A DNA stretch of 64,000 nucleotides from Balanoglossus misakiensis (Eukaryota > Animalia > Hemichordata), in NCBI GenBank assembly GCA_040954595.2, contig CM082579.2, forward strand, positions 13,951,834 through 14,015,833, read 5' to 3'. The translations under genes and the position numbers were made by a program. The notes beneath the pieces were generated by a model. It searched no databases, was not told the DNA's origin, and saw nothing but the letters and a program-made list of their open reading frames with translations. Below, piece by piece: positions 37,021-49,983 of the stretch. How positions within the stretch are numbered: the first letter of the stretch is position 1; each line of letters begins with the position of its first letter.

Positions 37021-37938
37021 ATGAAATCATATCATAGGTAATTTGGAATTTCTACTGGGCTTGCGTTTGATATTTTATTTTTTACGCGCAGTGCACGCAA
37101 AGAGCCAATTTTTTTTTCGTGAAATTGTATTTGAATGACGTGCAACAAAATAGCGATAGACAAGCAGGCTTTCAGATAAACATACTTGAATGAGTTCTCC
37201 CTTCATGTCTAGATGGCCCAACACAAAAAATATCATTTAGAATGTAGCGAATAAAGTACATAAACATCATGAAAGAGACTGTGTACAGTGGTCCCCCCCC
37301 CCCCGATACGTATTAAGTACAGACAAGGTATGGAATTCTTGTGTTATATCATCAAGGAAAATGACCCAGAAGCCCTACTTGCTTTGTTATATCTAATGGC
37401 TTCTGTGTGCATAAATTATAGCCCGACACCTGTCAAGTTTGTGGCCTAGGTTACCGCACGTACATCATTGTGCGTCCTGCTACAGCATACAAGCGCGCGT
37501 ACGCGTACATGTGTACAGGGCGCCTGACCGGCCAACCTTGACAAGGCGCCCCAGATAGCCTCGCCCGCTGTTATCTTTCAATGGATTTTTTTTGTGCGCA
37601 TGTCACGCAACTGTGACAAAATATTTGCGCGCACACATTGTAGTTTTGTGTTATTTAGTGTTATTTTAAATGGGTGTCACACCGATTTAATCAGCCTCCA
37701 TTCAAAGAGTACACAACAGTCGTGTTATGCATTAATTAGCAAAAGATGATAAACTGATGCGGATACAATCAATATAGCTTAATGGTGATGATTCTAAAGC
37801 AGAAGGCTAATTGTCATTAGTATCATACATGCAGAGCCTGAATTTGCCACTTTCTATTGTTCTCACCAAATTTAGTGTAATAACCCCTAAGTACCACCCT
37901 CTAATTTTAAAGAACACTAATTATGGAAGCCCATTAAC

Positions 37939-38022
37939 CCTTTCACAACCAAGGTTCAGTCAAAACCCATTGTTTTCTATGAAAAGGTTTGACCTGCATA
38001 GAAGGAACTTGGGGTGAAAGGG
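37939..38022. mobile_element. Tiny piggyBac-like MITE
   Basis: ttaa|ccctttcacaaccaaggttc ... gaacttggggtgaaaggg|ttaa. An inverted relative lies at ~40210-40300. Confidence 0.65.
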
Positions 38023-38500
38023 TTAAAGGGACAAAGTCGCTCTTTTTGACTTTTGACTCACTTGCTTTTATTAGAGGTTCCTACCTTTAAATGTTTCATA
38101 AAATGTTTAATCAAATCTGTCTACAATCAGAGTAGACATTGTTTACATATACCTTTTGTTAAATGATTGTTGTTGTATTTCAGATTGTTGTCAGGAGCAG
38201 GTGAGAAATATGGTATGATTTCTGAAGGTCTGAGTACTGCATTGCAGTTATTTGACGATATGAAGAGGTTACGATATTCAAGGTAATTATGGTAAAATTC
38301 TGAGTTTCAAGATCATTCTCTACATATGGCCCTGACTTTTTTTGGTGGTTTATCTGTTTTTGTAAAGTTCACCATGTCAACCAGGAAATGATTCCATACA
38401 GACAGTGGAGTACAACTGAGATGTGAAGTACATTGAAACCTGCCTAGGAAGGACACCTCTGGGACCACAAAATGTGTCCTTAATAGAGAGGTGTCCTTAA

Positions 38501-39325
38501 AGGGACAAATTCTCTCCCTCGCTGCCCCTTTTCCATGAATTAGGTTTGTTACAGGGCACCATTTCTGTTATTCTCCATGTGGATATATAGTGAATCAATG
38601 TTTCACCACACACAACTTCAACCCTGCTTGTAGCCACCAGAGTGATAAAAAACACACGCCAATAATCGGTCTCTATCATTTATTCATTTTATGTGAGTTT
38701 TTATGCTCATATCATTCAAGTGGGATGGAAATTGTGTATGGTTGAACGTTCATTAACTACATATACACATGTACATTAATATAAAATGTCTCTTGTATCA
38801 AACATAATGGAAAAAATCGCGTCAAGGACACAGTGGTCCCATTGAGGGAATACACAAGAAAAAGTCTACACCGGAGTAAATGGCGATATACTGACAGACA
38901 CACACACTAAATAGAACAGCTGGCCTCTTTAAAACTTAGCCAGTTATGTAATCATTCAGGAATTTCCTGTGTATATAAACAACTCAATAAAGTAAATACA
39001 CACCACTTCGCAAAGCAATCTGACCAGTAGTTCTTGAGTTACTGAGTTTTGACTAAGTTCACATTTTTCCAGCTAATTTGCATATTTTTGGCAACGACAA
39101 CTTCATTTGAACAAACTCCCATCTACAGCCCAGCCTGCATGTGCACACCAAATATCAAGGTGATACACACAGTGGTTTTCAAGTTTTTGATGTGGACGGA
39201 CATACATCCATACATCCATCCATACATACATACATACAGATGCAACCAATCCCATAAGGTCCCATGGTATATAGGCCTATACCAATGGGACCTAAAAAGG
39301 GCAGCGAGAGAGAGACTTTGTCCCT
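38501..39325 (+). mobile_element. Full AGGGACAAAG MITE (TTAA TSD) with a nested insertion
   Basis: ttaa|agggacaaattctctccctcgctgcccc ... ggcagcgagagagagactttgtccct|ttaa. The 38817-39295 segment is absent from the duplicate at 54287-54532. Confidence 0.85.
38817..39295 (-). mobile_element. HINE/Helentron-like element inserted in an A/T run
   Basis: Minus strand begins tttttaggtcccattggtataggcctatataccatgggacc (hairpin), then a (tgta/tgga)n microsatellite. No TSD. The empty site is visible near 54497. Confidence 0.7.
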
Positions 39326-40644
39326 TTAACAGAAATGTGCATGTAATATTCTATTCAAACCATTACTCTTGTCTTGAACAATCTTTCCTTAATAGAAAGG
39401 TGTCCTGATTAGAGAGATGTCTGTATTAATTGACAGGTTTCACTGTATTATCAACATTTTCAGTTTCATAATCCTTCTGGATGTCTTTGTCAGAAAATTT
39501 TGACAGCAGTCAAAACTTTCTCTGCCATACTCACAATAAGAGAAAGCTTGCACCTGTGTGTAAAACGGGTTATTTTCGCAAGCAATTAATTTTTGCGAAA
39601 TAGGCGAGAGCCAACAAAATGTGAAAAGAAAAAGTTGCGTAAAATGTTTTTCGGAGATAAAGATGCAATGAAATACAAGAACATGAAAATTAATCCTCGC
39701 ATAACAGTTGGCTCTTTTAATATCGCGAACATTTCCTGTCACGAAAATAATCCGTTTTACAGTAATATTGAAGGTCAGAATGCTTTTGATGAGAGAACAA
39801 TACACCAGTTGCAAAGTATCTTGACTAACATAAAAATGATGGTATTTTCTGAAGAAGATATATTCTCGCAGTTGGTGTTTTGTTTCCTCATCAAAAGCAT
39901 TCTGACCTTCAATATTATTCTGTTGAGCTATACATGCAATCTAGTCTGATCAGAGATGATTATATCATCGACAATAGATCCTGGATACTAAAAGACCATA
40001 AAATGACTGCGACAGATACCTTGTTAGTTGTAACAGGTGTGAAATAAGAATTTGGATAACACTGACAGTATTTTGGCTATTGTTGGGGGGTGGGGTGGAG
40101 CAATAAGTGATTTTGAAACCCCATGTAACACCTGTCTTACCATTAATATGACTGCATTTATGGTACCATAAGGAATGTTAACAAAATGACTGGGGAACCC
40201 TGGTTACATTACCCTGATCACCACAATGGTTCAGTCCAACTGCATTGTTTTCTATGTTAAGGTTGGAGCACTGAAGAGGAAATTGGGGTGGAAGGGTTAA
40301 AAAAAACACTGACTGACAATACTGCCAATAACAAAATATTGTTTTATCTTCTCTTTGTATACAGCGCACCAATATAGAAACATTGTATATTGATCTGAAC
40401 TCTCCTCCATATCCTTTGCCAAGTCAAGGTAGTATTAATTACAGTGGATTTACTGTAGAACAATTGGCTGCCATGTTGGGTGAGGTAAGTAAGCGATGTA
40501 AAACATTTCATACAACACTGCATACTAACAATAGTCATATCAACCTGACAAGGGAAGATGAAAAAAGCCTAAGCCCCTTTGAACAGCTGTATTTTCTTGG
40601 AATCTGGTTTTATAATACACTTTGATTGATTCCCTTACGAAAAA

Positions 40645-41492
40645 GTTCTATAGAACTTCTATTGCTTTTCAATAAAAATTTCTATTAAGAATCAATGGAT
40701 ATTCCATGGAAACTCAATGGAATTTCTATGGAAATTCTATTGACTTCTATGGACTTTTGGCCACTTTTCAATTAAACTTCTATAGAAGAGATATAGATTT
40801 CAATTGATTTTCTATTGAACTTCTATAGAAGAGTTATAGATGTGTATTGATTTTCTATAGAAGAGATATAGATTTCAATTGATATTCTATTGATTTTCTA
40901 TAGAAGAGTTATCGATGTGTATTGATTTTCTATAGAAGAGATATAGATTTCAATTGATTTTCTATTGAACTTCTATAAAAGAGTTATAGATGTGTATTGA
41001 TTTTCTATAGAAGAGATATAGATTTCAATTGATATTCTATTGATTTTCTATAGAAGAGTTATCGATGTGTATTGATTTTCTATAGAAGAGATCTAGATTT
41101 CAATTGATTTTCTATTGAACTTCTATAAAAGCGTTATAGATGTGTATTGATTTTCTATAGAAGAGATATAGATTTCAATTGATATTCTATTGATTTTCTA
41201 TAGAAGAGTTATCGATGTGTATTGATTTTCTATAGAAGAGATATAGATTTCAATTGATATTCTATTGATTTTCTATAGAAAAGTTATCGATGTGTATTGA
41301 TTTTCTATCGAAGAGATCTAGATTTCCATTGATATGCTATTGATTTTCTATAGAAGAGATATAGATTTCAATTGATTTTCTATTGAACTTCTATAAAAGA
41401 GTTATAGATGTGTATTGATTTTCTATAGAAGAGATATAGATTTCAATTGATTTTCTATTGAACTTCTATAGAAGAGTTATAGATGTGTATTG
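40645..41492. repeat. EnSpm left subterminal tandem repeats
   Basis: Alternating ~32/43-bp units built on attgattttctatagaagag(a/t)tatagat. Confidence 0.9.
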
Positions 41493-41819
41493 ATCCTGTA
41501 TTATCTGGTTACCAAAGACAGAGGGGTGGGATTGGGGCAAAAAGATTGATATTTATAAAAAAAAATACTTCACTGAATACTCAGCATATTCTTTCAGTCT
41601 GTTGTTTAATATTAACACATAAATGTGCTAAATACAGTGTTGCCTCAGTCAAATTAGTTTTCTGCTGGCTTTCAGTGAAATATTTGAGAAAAAACCAACA
41701 TACTCATCAAATTAAAACTTAACATTTTATTGCAATAAATCAATAAAAAAGGTGACATGAAAAATAGAGTTTAAATAAATAAAGATAAGCAAAACACATA
41801 AATGAAACAGTTAACCACA

Positions 41820-44800
41820 CTACTTGTGTTTTGCTTCGGAGTAAATTTTCATTTTAATGTACTGCTCCACCTCAGCAACCTTGCAGTCAAACTTGCTGCA
41901 TACAATATCTGTGGGGAAACAGAAAAAATAATTGCTGAATGAAATTGTACTGAACCAAAGCTCAAACCTTAGAGATGTCTTTGTTTGCCATACTATATTT
42001 TTTTTTTCTAAAACCTAACCGCCAGAAACAAAGAACAAACTAAATGAAAATATATCAAGGTTACGGTAGAGAGAATGGTATATTTGATTTGCAGTCCCTT
42101 AAACGCTTTTACAACTTTTTAAAGATGGCCTATCTCATTCCACATACAGGTCTCCATTAGCAGACCAAAGCAGATTTTGCAAAAGCACTGCAAAATTTGC
42201 ACCCTATCTACAGCAGGTTACACTATGTTAAAGAGGTATACATCACTGATCACTCCAAATATACAAAATGCCAATATATCTTTGTGTATTCCTATGACCT
42301 AAAATAGCAAATTAATAATTGGAGATGATAAGTAACTTAATACCTACATACCTTTAATGGCTCTTATTTTGTCGGCATCCAGCGCTGGTTTGGGTAAAGA
42401 ACCCTTGACTGAGTTGCACACTCTGCCACTATACGAATGAGTCCTGAGTGTTTCCCTATCAAACACCACTGCCATCAAATCATACGTCATTTTCTTCGCT
42501 GTTGATTCGTCAACGCGGCTCAGCTGCTTGGCAGTTACTATCATCTCATCATTGACCAAAATCTGAAAAAGACCAAAATAATTGGTAACACTAGAGGCAG
42601 ACACAAAATAAATATGATTTCTGTCATAGAAAACCTGATAAAATAGAAAGTACAGTAAAAACTCTATCACAGAGTTCTTACAATACTTTTTATTTTCTAT
42701 GAAATCAACAGCTCTAACAATACAACCACATTTTCCATGGAAGTAAAGTTGCAGAGCCATGATCTGTTCCAAACAGAGTTGCAATCATCAGGTCTGCAGA
42801 TAAATAAACAAAAACTTTATGACCAAAATAATTAAATTCTTTGTTTTGCATCCACTCAGATTTTGATAGGTAAGTGCACAAGTTCAGAAACACAGAAATT
42901 TTTAACAGGTAAATTTAATATTTACTCGATAGTTTCCATGTAATACAAGCACCTTATCAAGAATCCCAGCAGAAACTAATTTTTCACCCTGTTAAGTTGC
43001 ACTCAAATGTGACATTCTGCAAGCATGCAGGTGTTCCAATCACATTTCCCAAAGCATGTATACAAAAAATTTGCAGGCAGAAAAGTTTTTTTCATGAAAT
43101 CTCGCAAAACATACACATGCAGAACAAAGAATTTTCTTACTTAGGCCATATGGTTGAACCTAAGAAGCAGAAGTATTATTTGAATGACTATGACTATGTC
43201 TATGCAGATTCCTGAAATCACACATTCATGATAAATTGAAATAGATATCAACAGTTACCTCTTCACTGTTCAATGGGGCATCATGTGTTCCACTGGAGTT
43301 ATTTGTCTTTGAGACTGCAGGTGCACCAGTCTTTACACCAAATGTTCTTTTTACATCAGCAATTTGTCCAAGCAGGCCAGGTAACTCTATACCATTTGAA
43401 AAGATTAGAAAATAGAGGTATAGGACATATGTTCATTGATTTAACTCCAATAGTTCATAGGAAAAGAAATAAAAAAGAGACAATCCTGGCAAAAAAATAT
43501 TGTTAACCAATAAGACAGTGGATCATCATCCATAAACACAATTATTTTAATTGTGGTGAACTGAGATGTTTACATACTGACCAGCATTATCAAACTATTG
43601 TCAAGTAACTACAAAACACATAGTTTGAGAAAGCTGGTCACAAATGAAGGCTTTCATTGGTGCTGAAAAAGGTAAGTTACAGCTTGCCCAGCTTAGTCAT
43701 CATGTACAAGTGAATAAATTAAATGTTTTTCATTTATAAATTAATTATGGTAACATTTTACTTTGTATTTCGAAACATATATGGAGTCCTTGATACTTCA
43801 ATTTCTCGTCAAAAAAATGCTGAAAATGATGTTCTTTTGTGATATTCATGAGTATTTTCAAAAACAATCATTCTGTGGCATATTTTGGCTGTTGACTTTT
43901 GATATTTCTAAAAATAAAACCAAAAGAACACTGACAAAATAATTTGATTCAGCTAAAACCTACTCATTGCATTAAAAATATACAAGAACTAAAACAATCC
44001 ACTGACTTTATTCAATGCGTGTATCAATATTCTTTTACCTTTTAACACTCGAAGAGAATAGCGTAGTGCAGCATTTTCCTCCTTCAATTCCCTTATTTCT
44101 TGGTGTAGCTTGTCCTCATCATAGCCTTCTGAGCCACTGGACACTGGTGTTGAAGCACGGAATGAACTCTAGAATGCAGAGGAACATTAATGAAATAGAC
44201 TAAAAATCACAGTTGTCAACAATAACAACACAGTTCATACATGGATTTCAACATGCTTGTGATATTTACCCATCAACAGCGCTGAACTGCAGTCACTTTT
44301 TGATGGAAATATTATTAGTTTCAATAATTGCATAACTTTGCTCACATTTTAAAGATACATTTTGCAGGGGTTGCGTTAACCCCATATTTTGCTTCCCGAA
44401 CTTTTCAGGGGGACTCTTACTTTTTACACAGAGGGGTCCCATCTCTCACATAAATACAAAAATTGTAATTTCCTGTCTTTAATTTCATGTGACAGGGACT
44501 CATTCTGAGCAAACACTAGTGCAATCCCTGTTTCATAATTAAGCCACACAAGCTCACAACACTCTCTTACACGTCAGCATTATTTTAGCTTTTGTGCAAG
44601 TTTGGAAGTAAAAGTATATGCTTCAGGGGCAGAAATTGTAGCGTATGACATTGCCAGTACTTACAGACTTAAGTGACTGGACATCCTCCTCCATTTTTTT
44701 ACGAACTTCAGATGTCTTCTTGCTTTCTAACTTTCTCAGCAAATTTAAAGACGAATTCTTTTGGCTGATCTTCTTTTTTTTTATTCAAGTTATTTTTTTC

Positions 44801-45648
44801 CTGAAAAAGAAATGAAATGATTATTGTGAGATACTTCTGAACACTTGGCATGGAGTTTTGAAAATGGGTGTTTATATTGACAACGAGAAATTAATATCAT
44901 CTGTACCTAGATAAATCATATTGAATTCTGCATCAGCCACATGGTAGTTAAATATCAACTTACCGGTACATAATCATCTTCATCATCTTCGCTGTCGGTG
45001 TAGATTCTCTTTGGTGCCTTTTCACGTTTCCCCCGTCCATATTCTGGAGTCTTAATGTTTGTGTTCACCCCTTTTTTGACATAGACGTTGGCTAGTCGCA
45101 ACAGCTCCTGCCTGTCATCTGTAAAGATAAACATTATGACCTGGTTGTGAAAAACACACACACACACAACTGAATGAGAAACTTTTGCTGACGATCAAAA
45201 ATGCACAACACAAACCACGTAAAAAAATTGTGTCACAAAGTAAAACAAAGGGGTTGCTGGCTTTCCTGGCAACTTGTTTTGTTATGCAAATAGTATAACA
45301 ATGAACAGGAAGTAAACAAGCTGTGTTTGGTTCAAGGGAGCCCAAGACCCTGGGATCGAGATAAAGGTAACTTTCTACAATGAACGTCTTCAACATTGGG
45401 AAATGTTTCTACCTGACACGTTTTTTTTGAGTTTTGAAAAAATCCAAACAATTCTTACCGCTAAACTTGATAACTCTTGCTACATATCTCGCCGGATCTC
45501 TTCCTGCCTTCTTTGATGGCCACTGGACAGCACAATCTTCGTCGAAGTCAAAACTCATAACGTCGTCTTCATCGAGATCTTCTATCCAATTCGTCTCACC
45601 AACTTCAACACTCTTTTCTTCGTAAAAATCAAATAAAGCGTACTTCAT
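41820..45648 (-). CDS. BEN-domain protein (EnSpm second gene), multi-exon; middle exons uncertain and possibly disrupted
   Basis: Exons 45459-45648 (MKYALFDFYEEKSVEVGETNWI..VQWP..YVARVIKFS), 44964-45118, probable middle exons, 42350-42562 (KKMTYDLMAVVFDRETLRTHSYSG..KPALDADKIRAIK) and 41820-41908 (IVCSKFDCKVAEVEQYIKMKI). The L..VF..ETL...S..G..PALD..K pattern is a BEN-domain signature. Confidence 0.75.
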
Positions 45649-46087
45649 GGTGACTAGATCGACATTCGTAAATAGAGAAATCTTAAGCGGAGCTGGTAGC
45701 GAGTGACGCGTGGTGTGTCTTCGGTGGTTACTGAATCAGCTGTAAAAGGTCAGGAGTTCGCCGACTATTTATTTACCTTGATGCATGCTGGGTAAGAAAT
45801 GCGGGCGTTTATGAGAAGAGTCAAAGGTCATGCAGTAGGTCATGTGATTTTAAAATACAGCATTTCTTAGAGCTGAGATGTTATTTGAAAAAAAAACACG
45901 TTAAGATATCATTCACTTTATTTTGAAACGCCAAAATTCACCTTAAAGTAGTACCACAGATCGATCGGAACGTTAAAATTTGTACTTGAGATGATGCCAT
46001 ATCTATCACCCAGCATGCACCGCAGTCACCGACGCTTGCACAGCTGATTCACTAGATCATCAGATCGCTGTTCGTCGCAGAAGAGAC

Positions 46088-49000
46088 ATGTCGAGGGTCG
46101 TGCGCGGTCCATACAAGTGTTACCTAAATGATACCGAAGTCAGTATTCCAAAGAGAACCTTGTTTAGATGGCGAATTCGCGATAAACATGGTTTAGAGGT
46201 AAGTGTAGCTCTTTTTTTACCACGGCCTGAAGTATGCGCCGCGCTTGCTGCAGCTGCAGTTCCGTAGCCTGCAACATTCCTCGATGTGTGTGTGTTACGG
46301 AAAGGTGCCCCTTCCGTAACACACACATCGAGGAAAGTTGCTGGCTACGGAACTGCAGCAAGCGCCGGGCGAAAACTGGCATTGTCTGTCATTTCTCGGT
46401 GATTGTTATAATTATAGGGTGTCATAGGTAGTGTATGCATTTTATTTCTGTTCTTTTTGGTTTTATTAAAGTCCAAAAGGCTAGCTTGTACATCTCCAAC
46501 TCTTTGTCTAAATATAGCAGCATTTATGCTGCTGCAGTATTTTTTTAATTGAAAAATAATTTAGTACTACGAATATTGAGGGAAAAAAACAAAAAAAAAC
46601 AGGTCATTACTGACACCAGCCTACTTTTCTTTATAAGAACTATTAAAGCATTAGCACTTTCCTCTGAGATTTAGAATCAAATGATGTAATATGCATTATG
46701 TAGTCCCGCTATACTGAAATACATATCTTAACCACATTCTATTCATATCTTTCAGACTGATGATATCGCCATCGACACTGACAGTTGTTCTGTAAATAGT
46801 GACTACCAATCTGAAAGTGGCAATGATGAATATTTATATGATGGTAACGCCTCTCATGACAGTTATCGAAGTGGACTAACTTTCTCTCACAGAGATACAG
46901 ACATTGATGAATACAGCACTACAGAACCAGACACAGATGACTATTTATCAGCCGACGAAACATCAGATGATCAGACATCATTCATCATAGATGACCAAGT
47001 ACCAGCTCAGGAAACGTCACATGTCAACTTACTGAGTGACGGAAGTGGAGAGATTGAAGAAAGTGAAGAAATTATACACACACGCATATCAAACAAAAAC
47101 ACTAATGGGACGGGCACAGGAGAAAGTGGTGATGAATTGGTAGGTTCTGCTTTTGACTTTAAAAATTTTATGGTTGCCAATTTGAATTTTGTGCGGTAAC
47201 TTACCTTAATCACTTATGATCTATGACTTTTTACATTATTTTGATGATTTACTTTCAAAGTAAGTGTACTTACTGAAGGGTGTGCATTTACAACTTGAAA
47301 AAGTGGACATGGTGCAATATACACATTGATTCCTTGACAGAAACATGACAGTGATACACACCAAAATGTCTCTATTCTTTTAGCAATGTGACCAACTTTT
47401 GATCATCGGAAATTTAAAAATTGTTTATTTGTTTAGCTATTACAACATCGTTTAGTATTCCACTAATCAATCTGTTTTATATGTTAATGCAACTTAATAC
47501 ACATCGTTATTATAAAATACAAGTATGAAAGCTAGTGTCTCTATGGTTGTGAATGCATTTATTTTAATTCTCAAGGAGGCCTATTATTTAGAGCATGACC
47601 CCTGTTTTCAAAATCTGGTGATCAATGCATAAGAGATCAGAGCCTGTTTTCACAAGGTCAAATCAAGGTTAAATGTGTCAGTCCTGTGAGTGTGACCATT
47701 GCATTGTTCATGTTATTTCTGGTTGTCCTATTTTTCTAAATGTACTACTATTTTTCTAATTCTCAGGGAGCTGAAGAAGGAACTGGAGAGATGAATGTCA
47801 CAACAGAACAGCTTTGTCTACTTCTCCAGGCTTTTGTCCTCAGACACCGACTTACGAAAGATGCTCTCAAAGACTTGTTGCACGTCATTAACCTGATAGC
47901 ACCAGAAACTGTACCAGCAACACCATACTTTTTTAAGAACTGTTTTGCTGAGACAGCTGTGTCGTGTAAGAAGCACTTCTATTGCTGTAGTTGTATGGCA
48001 TATCTTGGTGCCGAGGGCGAAATTCAAACTGACACCACTTGTGGTAGCTGTAATGAGCCTTTCAGTGAGCAAATATCTGTAGCAAATAACAATTTTTTCA
48101 TTGTAATGCCAATCAAGGACCAACTTGTAGATTTATTAGAAAATCAGAATATTAATAGTGAATTGTCAGTTTCAACTTTATTGGATGGCTCCATTTATCA
48201 AGATCTCCTTGAAAATGGTATCATAAGAGATAATGACTTAACCCTTCTCTGGAATTGTGATGGGGTCCCTGCCTTTAAGTCCTCTGGTTTCTCAATATGG
48301 CCCATTCAGTGTGTAGTGACAGAACTGACTCCAAAATGTCAAAAACAAAATATTCTCATGCCTGGCCTATGGTTTGGTCAATCCAAACCACAGATGGATT
48401 GTTTTTTGGCACCATTTGGTGAAGAATGTGTGAAATTGGGTAATGATGGTTTTACCTGGAGAAATCAAAGTTCTGGTGAGATAATCACAACATGTGTCCA
48501 TGTGTTATTGTGTTCTTCTGATTCAGCTGCCAGGCCTTTGATGCGCAATTGCAAACAGTATAATTGGCAGTATGGATGTGACTGGTGCCTGCACCCAGGG
48601 GAATACATAGCAAAGGGCAATGGTCATGCACGTGTATATAGTGTACAGGATCTTCCTCATCCTGAGTTGAGGAATAACGATCAGTATGAGGATTGTTGTA
48701 GGCAGGCGGTTGAAAGAGACCGACCAATATTGGGTGTGAAGGGACCCAGTGTGTGTATGTTGCTTCCCAATTTCGACATTGTGAAAGGGTTTGTTCCTGA
48801 TTATTTGCATTGTGTTTTATTAGGGGTTGTCAGGCAAATCACCTCACTTTGGCTTGACAGTGAAAACAAGCAGAAACCCTGGTACTTAGCCCCTGCTAAA
48901 CAACGTGTAATTAATTCCCGTTTGGTGCAGCAGTTTCCTCCAAATGAAATAACCAGGACACCACGATCGTTAGATTACAGAAAGTATTGGAAAGGTTCGG

Positions 49001-49983
49001 AGTGGAGGGCATTTCTCCTTTTCTATTCTTTAATTGTTCTGAGAGGTGTGTTACCTGCAGTTTTTTCTGAACCATTGGTTTTTGCTGGTTTTTGGAATCC
49101 ACACGTTACTTCAGGAAAAAGTAACAGCCCGCTCTGTTGATCTGGCAGAGCAGGCAATCAGAAAGTTTGTGACTCAAACTGAATGCCTTTATGGGAAAGA
49201 AGTGATGTCATTTAATATGCACATTCTACTGCATTTGTCTAGTAGTGTTAGGGAATGGGCACCTCTCTGGGCTACATCTTCCTTTGTGTTTGAAAGTCAC
49301 AATGGTGTAATCATGAAGCTATTTCAGGGTACTCAAAGTGTGCCTTCACAGATATCAAACACATTCTGTCTGTGGAGTGATTTATCAAGAAGATCCACAA
49401 TTATACCACAGGATAGTGATCTGAGGCCACTATTTGACAAATTGTCTAGAGGAATTGTGCATTTAAAGAGGGACTTTCATAGCTGCTCAGGGGTTGTGGC
49501 CATGGGAGCTGCTGACAAACGGATATAAGATTGACAGACAGGTTAGCTGTAGAGGAGGCTGTGGGCCACCCTATCTTGAATGTGAACGCCAAATATTACA
49601 AGAGATTCACTATATCAGGTGCTGTGTTCACAACAAGTAGCTACACTAGGGCAGCAAAGAGAACGAACCATTATTTTCAGGGACAAGATGAGCAATTGTA
49701 TGTAATAAGAAACCTTGTAATTCTTAGGCTAGGTTGCATATGCCAAGGTGATTGTCACTGTAATGAAAGATCATTCCTGATAGCCAGTAGGTGTTTAAGT
49801 GGGAGGTCAATGTTTGTTGACAATGAAATTGGCATACAGTGTACACATGTAAAACCACTGCGTGAGATTTCACATGAAAGAATTGCTGTGCGACCGTCGT
49901 TTTTGAGACGTAAATGTGTAGTTCTTGGAATGGGTGAGTCAATTTACCTCTCACCACTCCCCAACCCTTTTGAAAGGGACTGA
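46088..49983 (+). pseudogene. EnSpm/CACTA transposase, 3 exons, two compensating frameshifts
   Basis: Exons 46088-46198, 46756-47139 and 47767-49983. Motifs LWNCDGVPAFKSS..SIWP, CSSDSAARP..QYGCDWC, PDYLHCVLLGV, WKGSEWRAFLLFY and FNMHILLHL..W..SSFVFESHNG. Frame shifts at ~49065 and ~49528. Confidence 0.92.
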
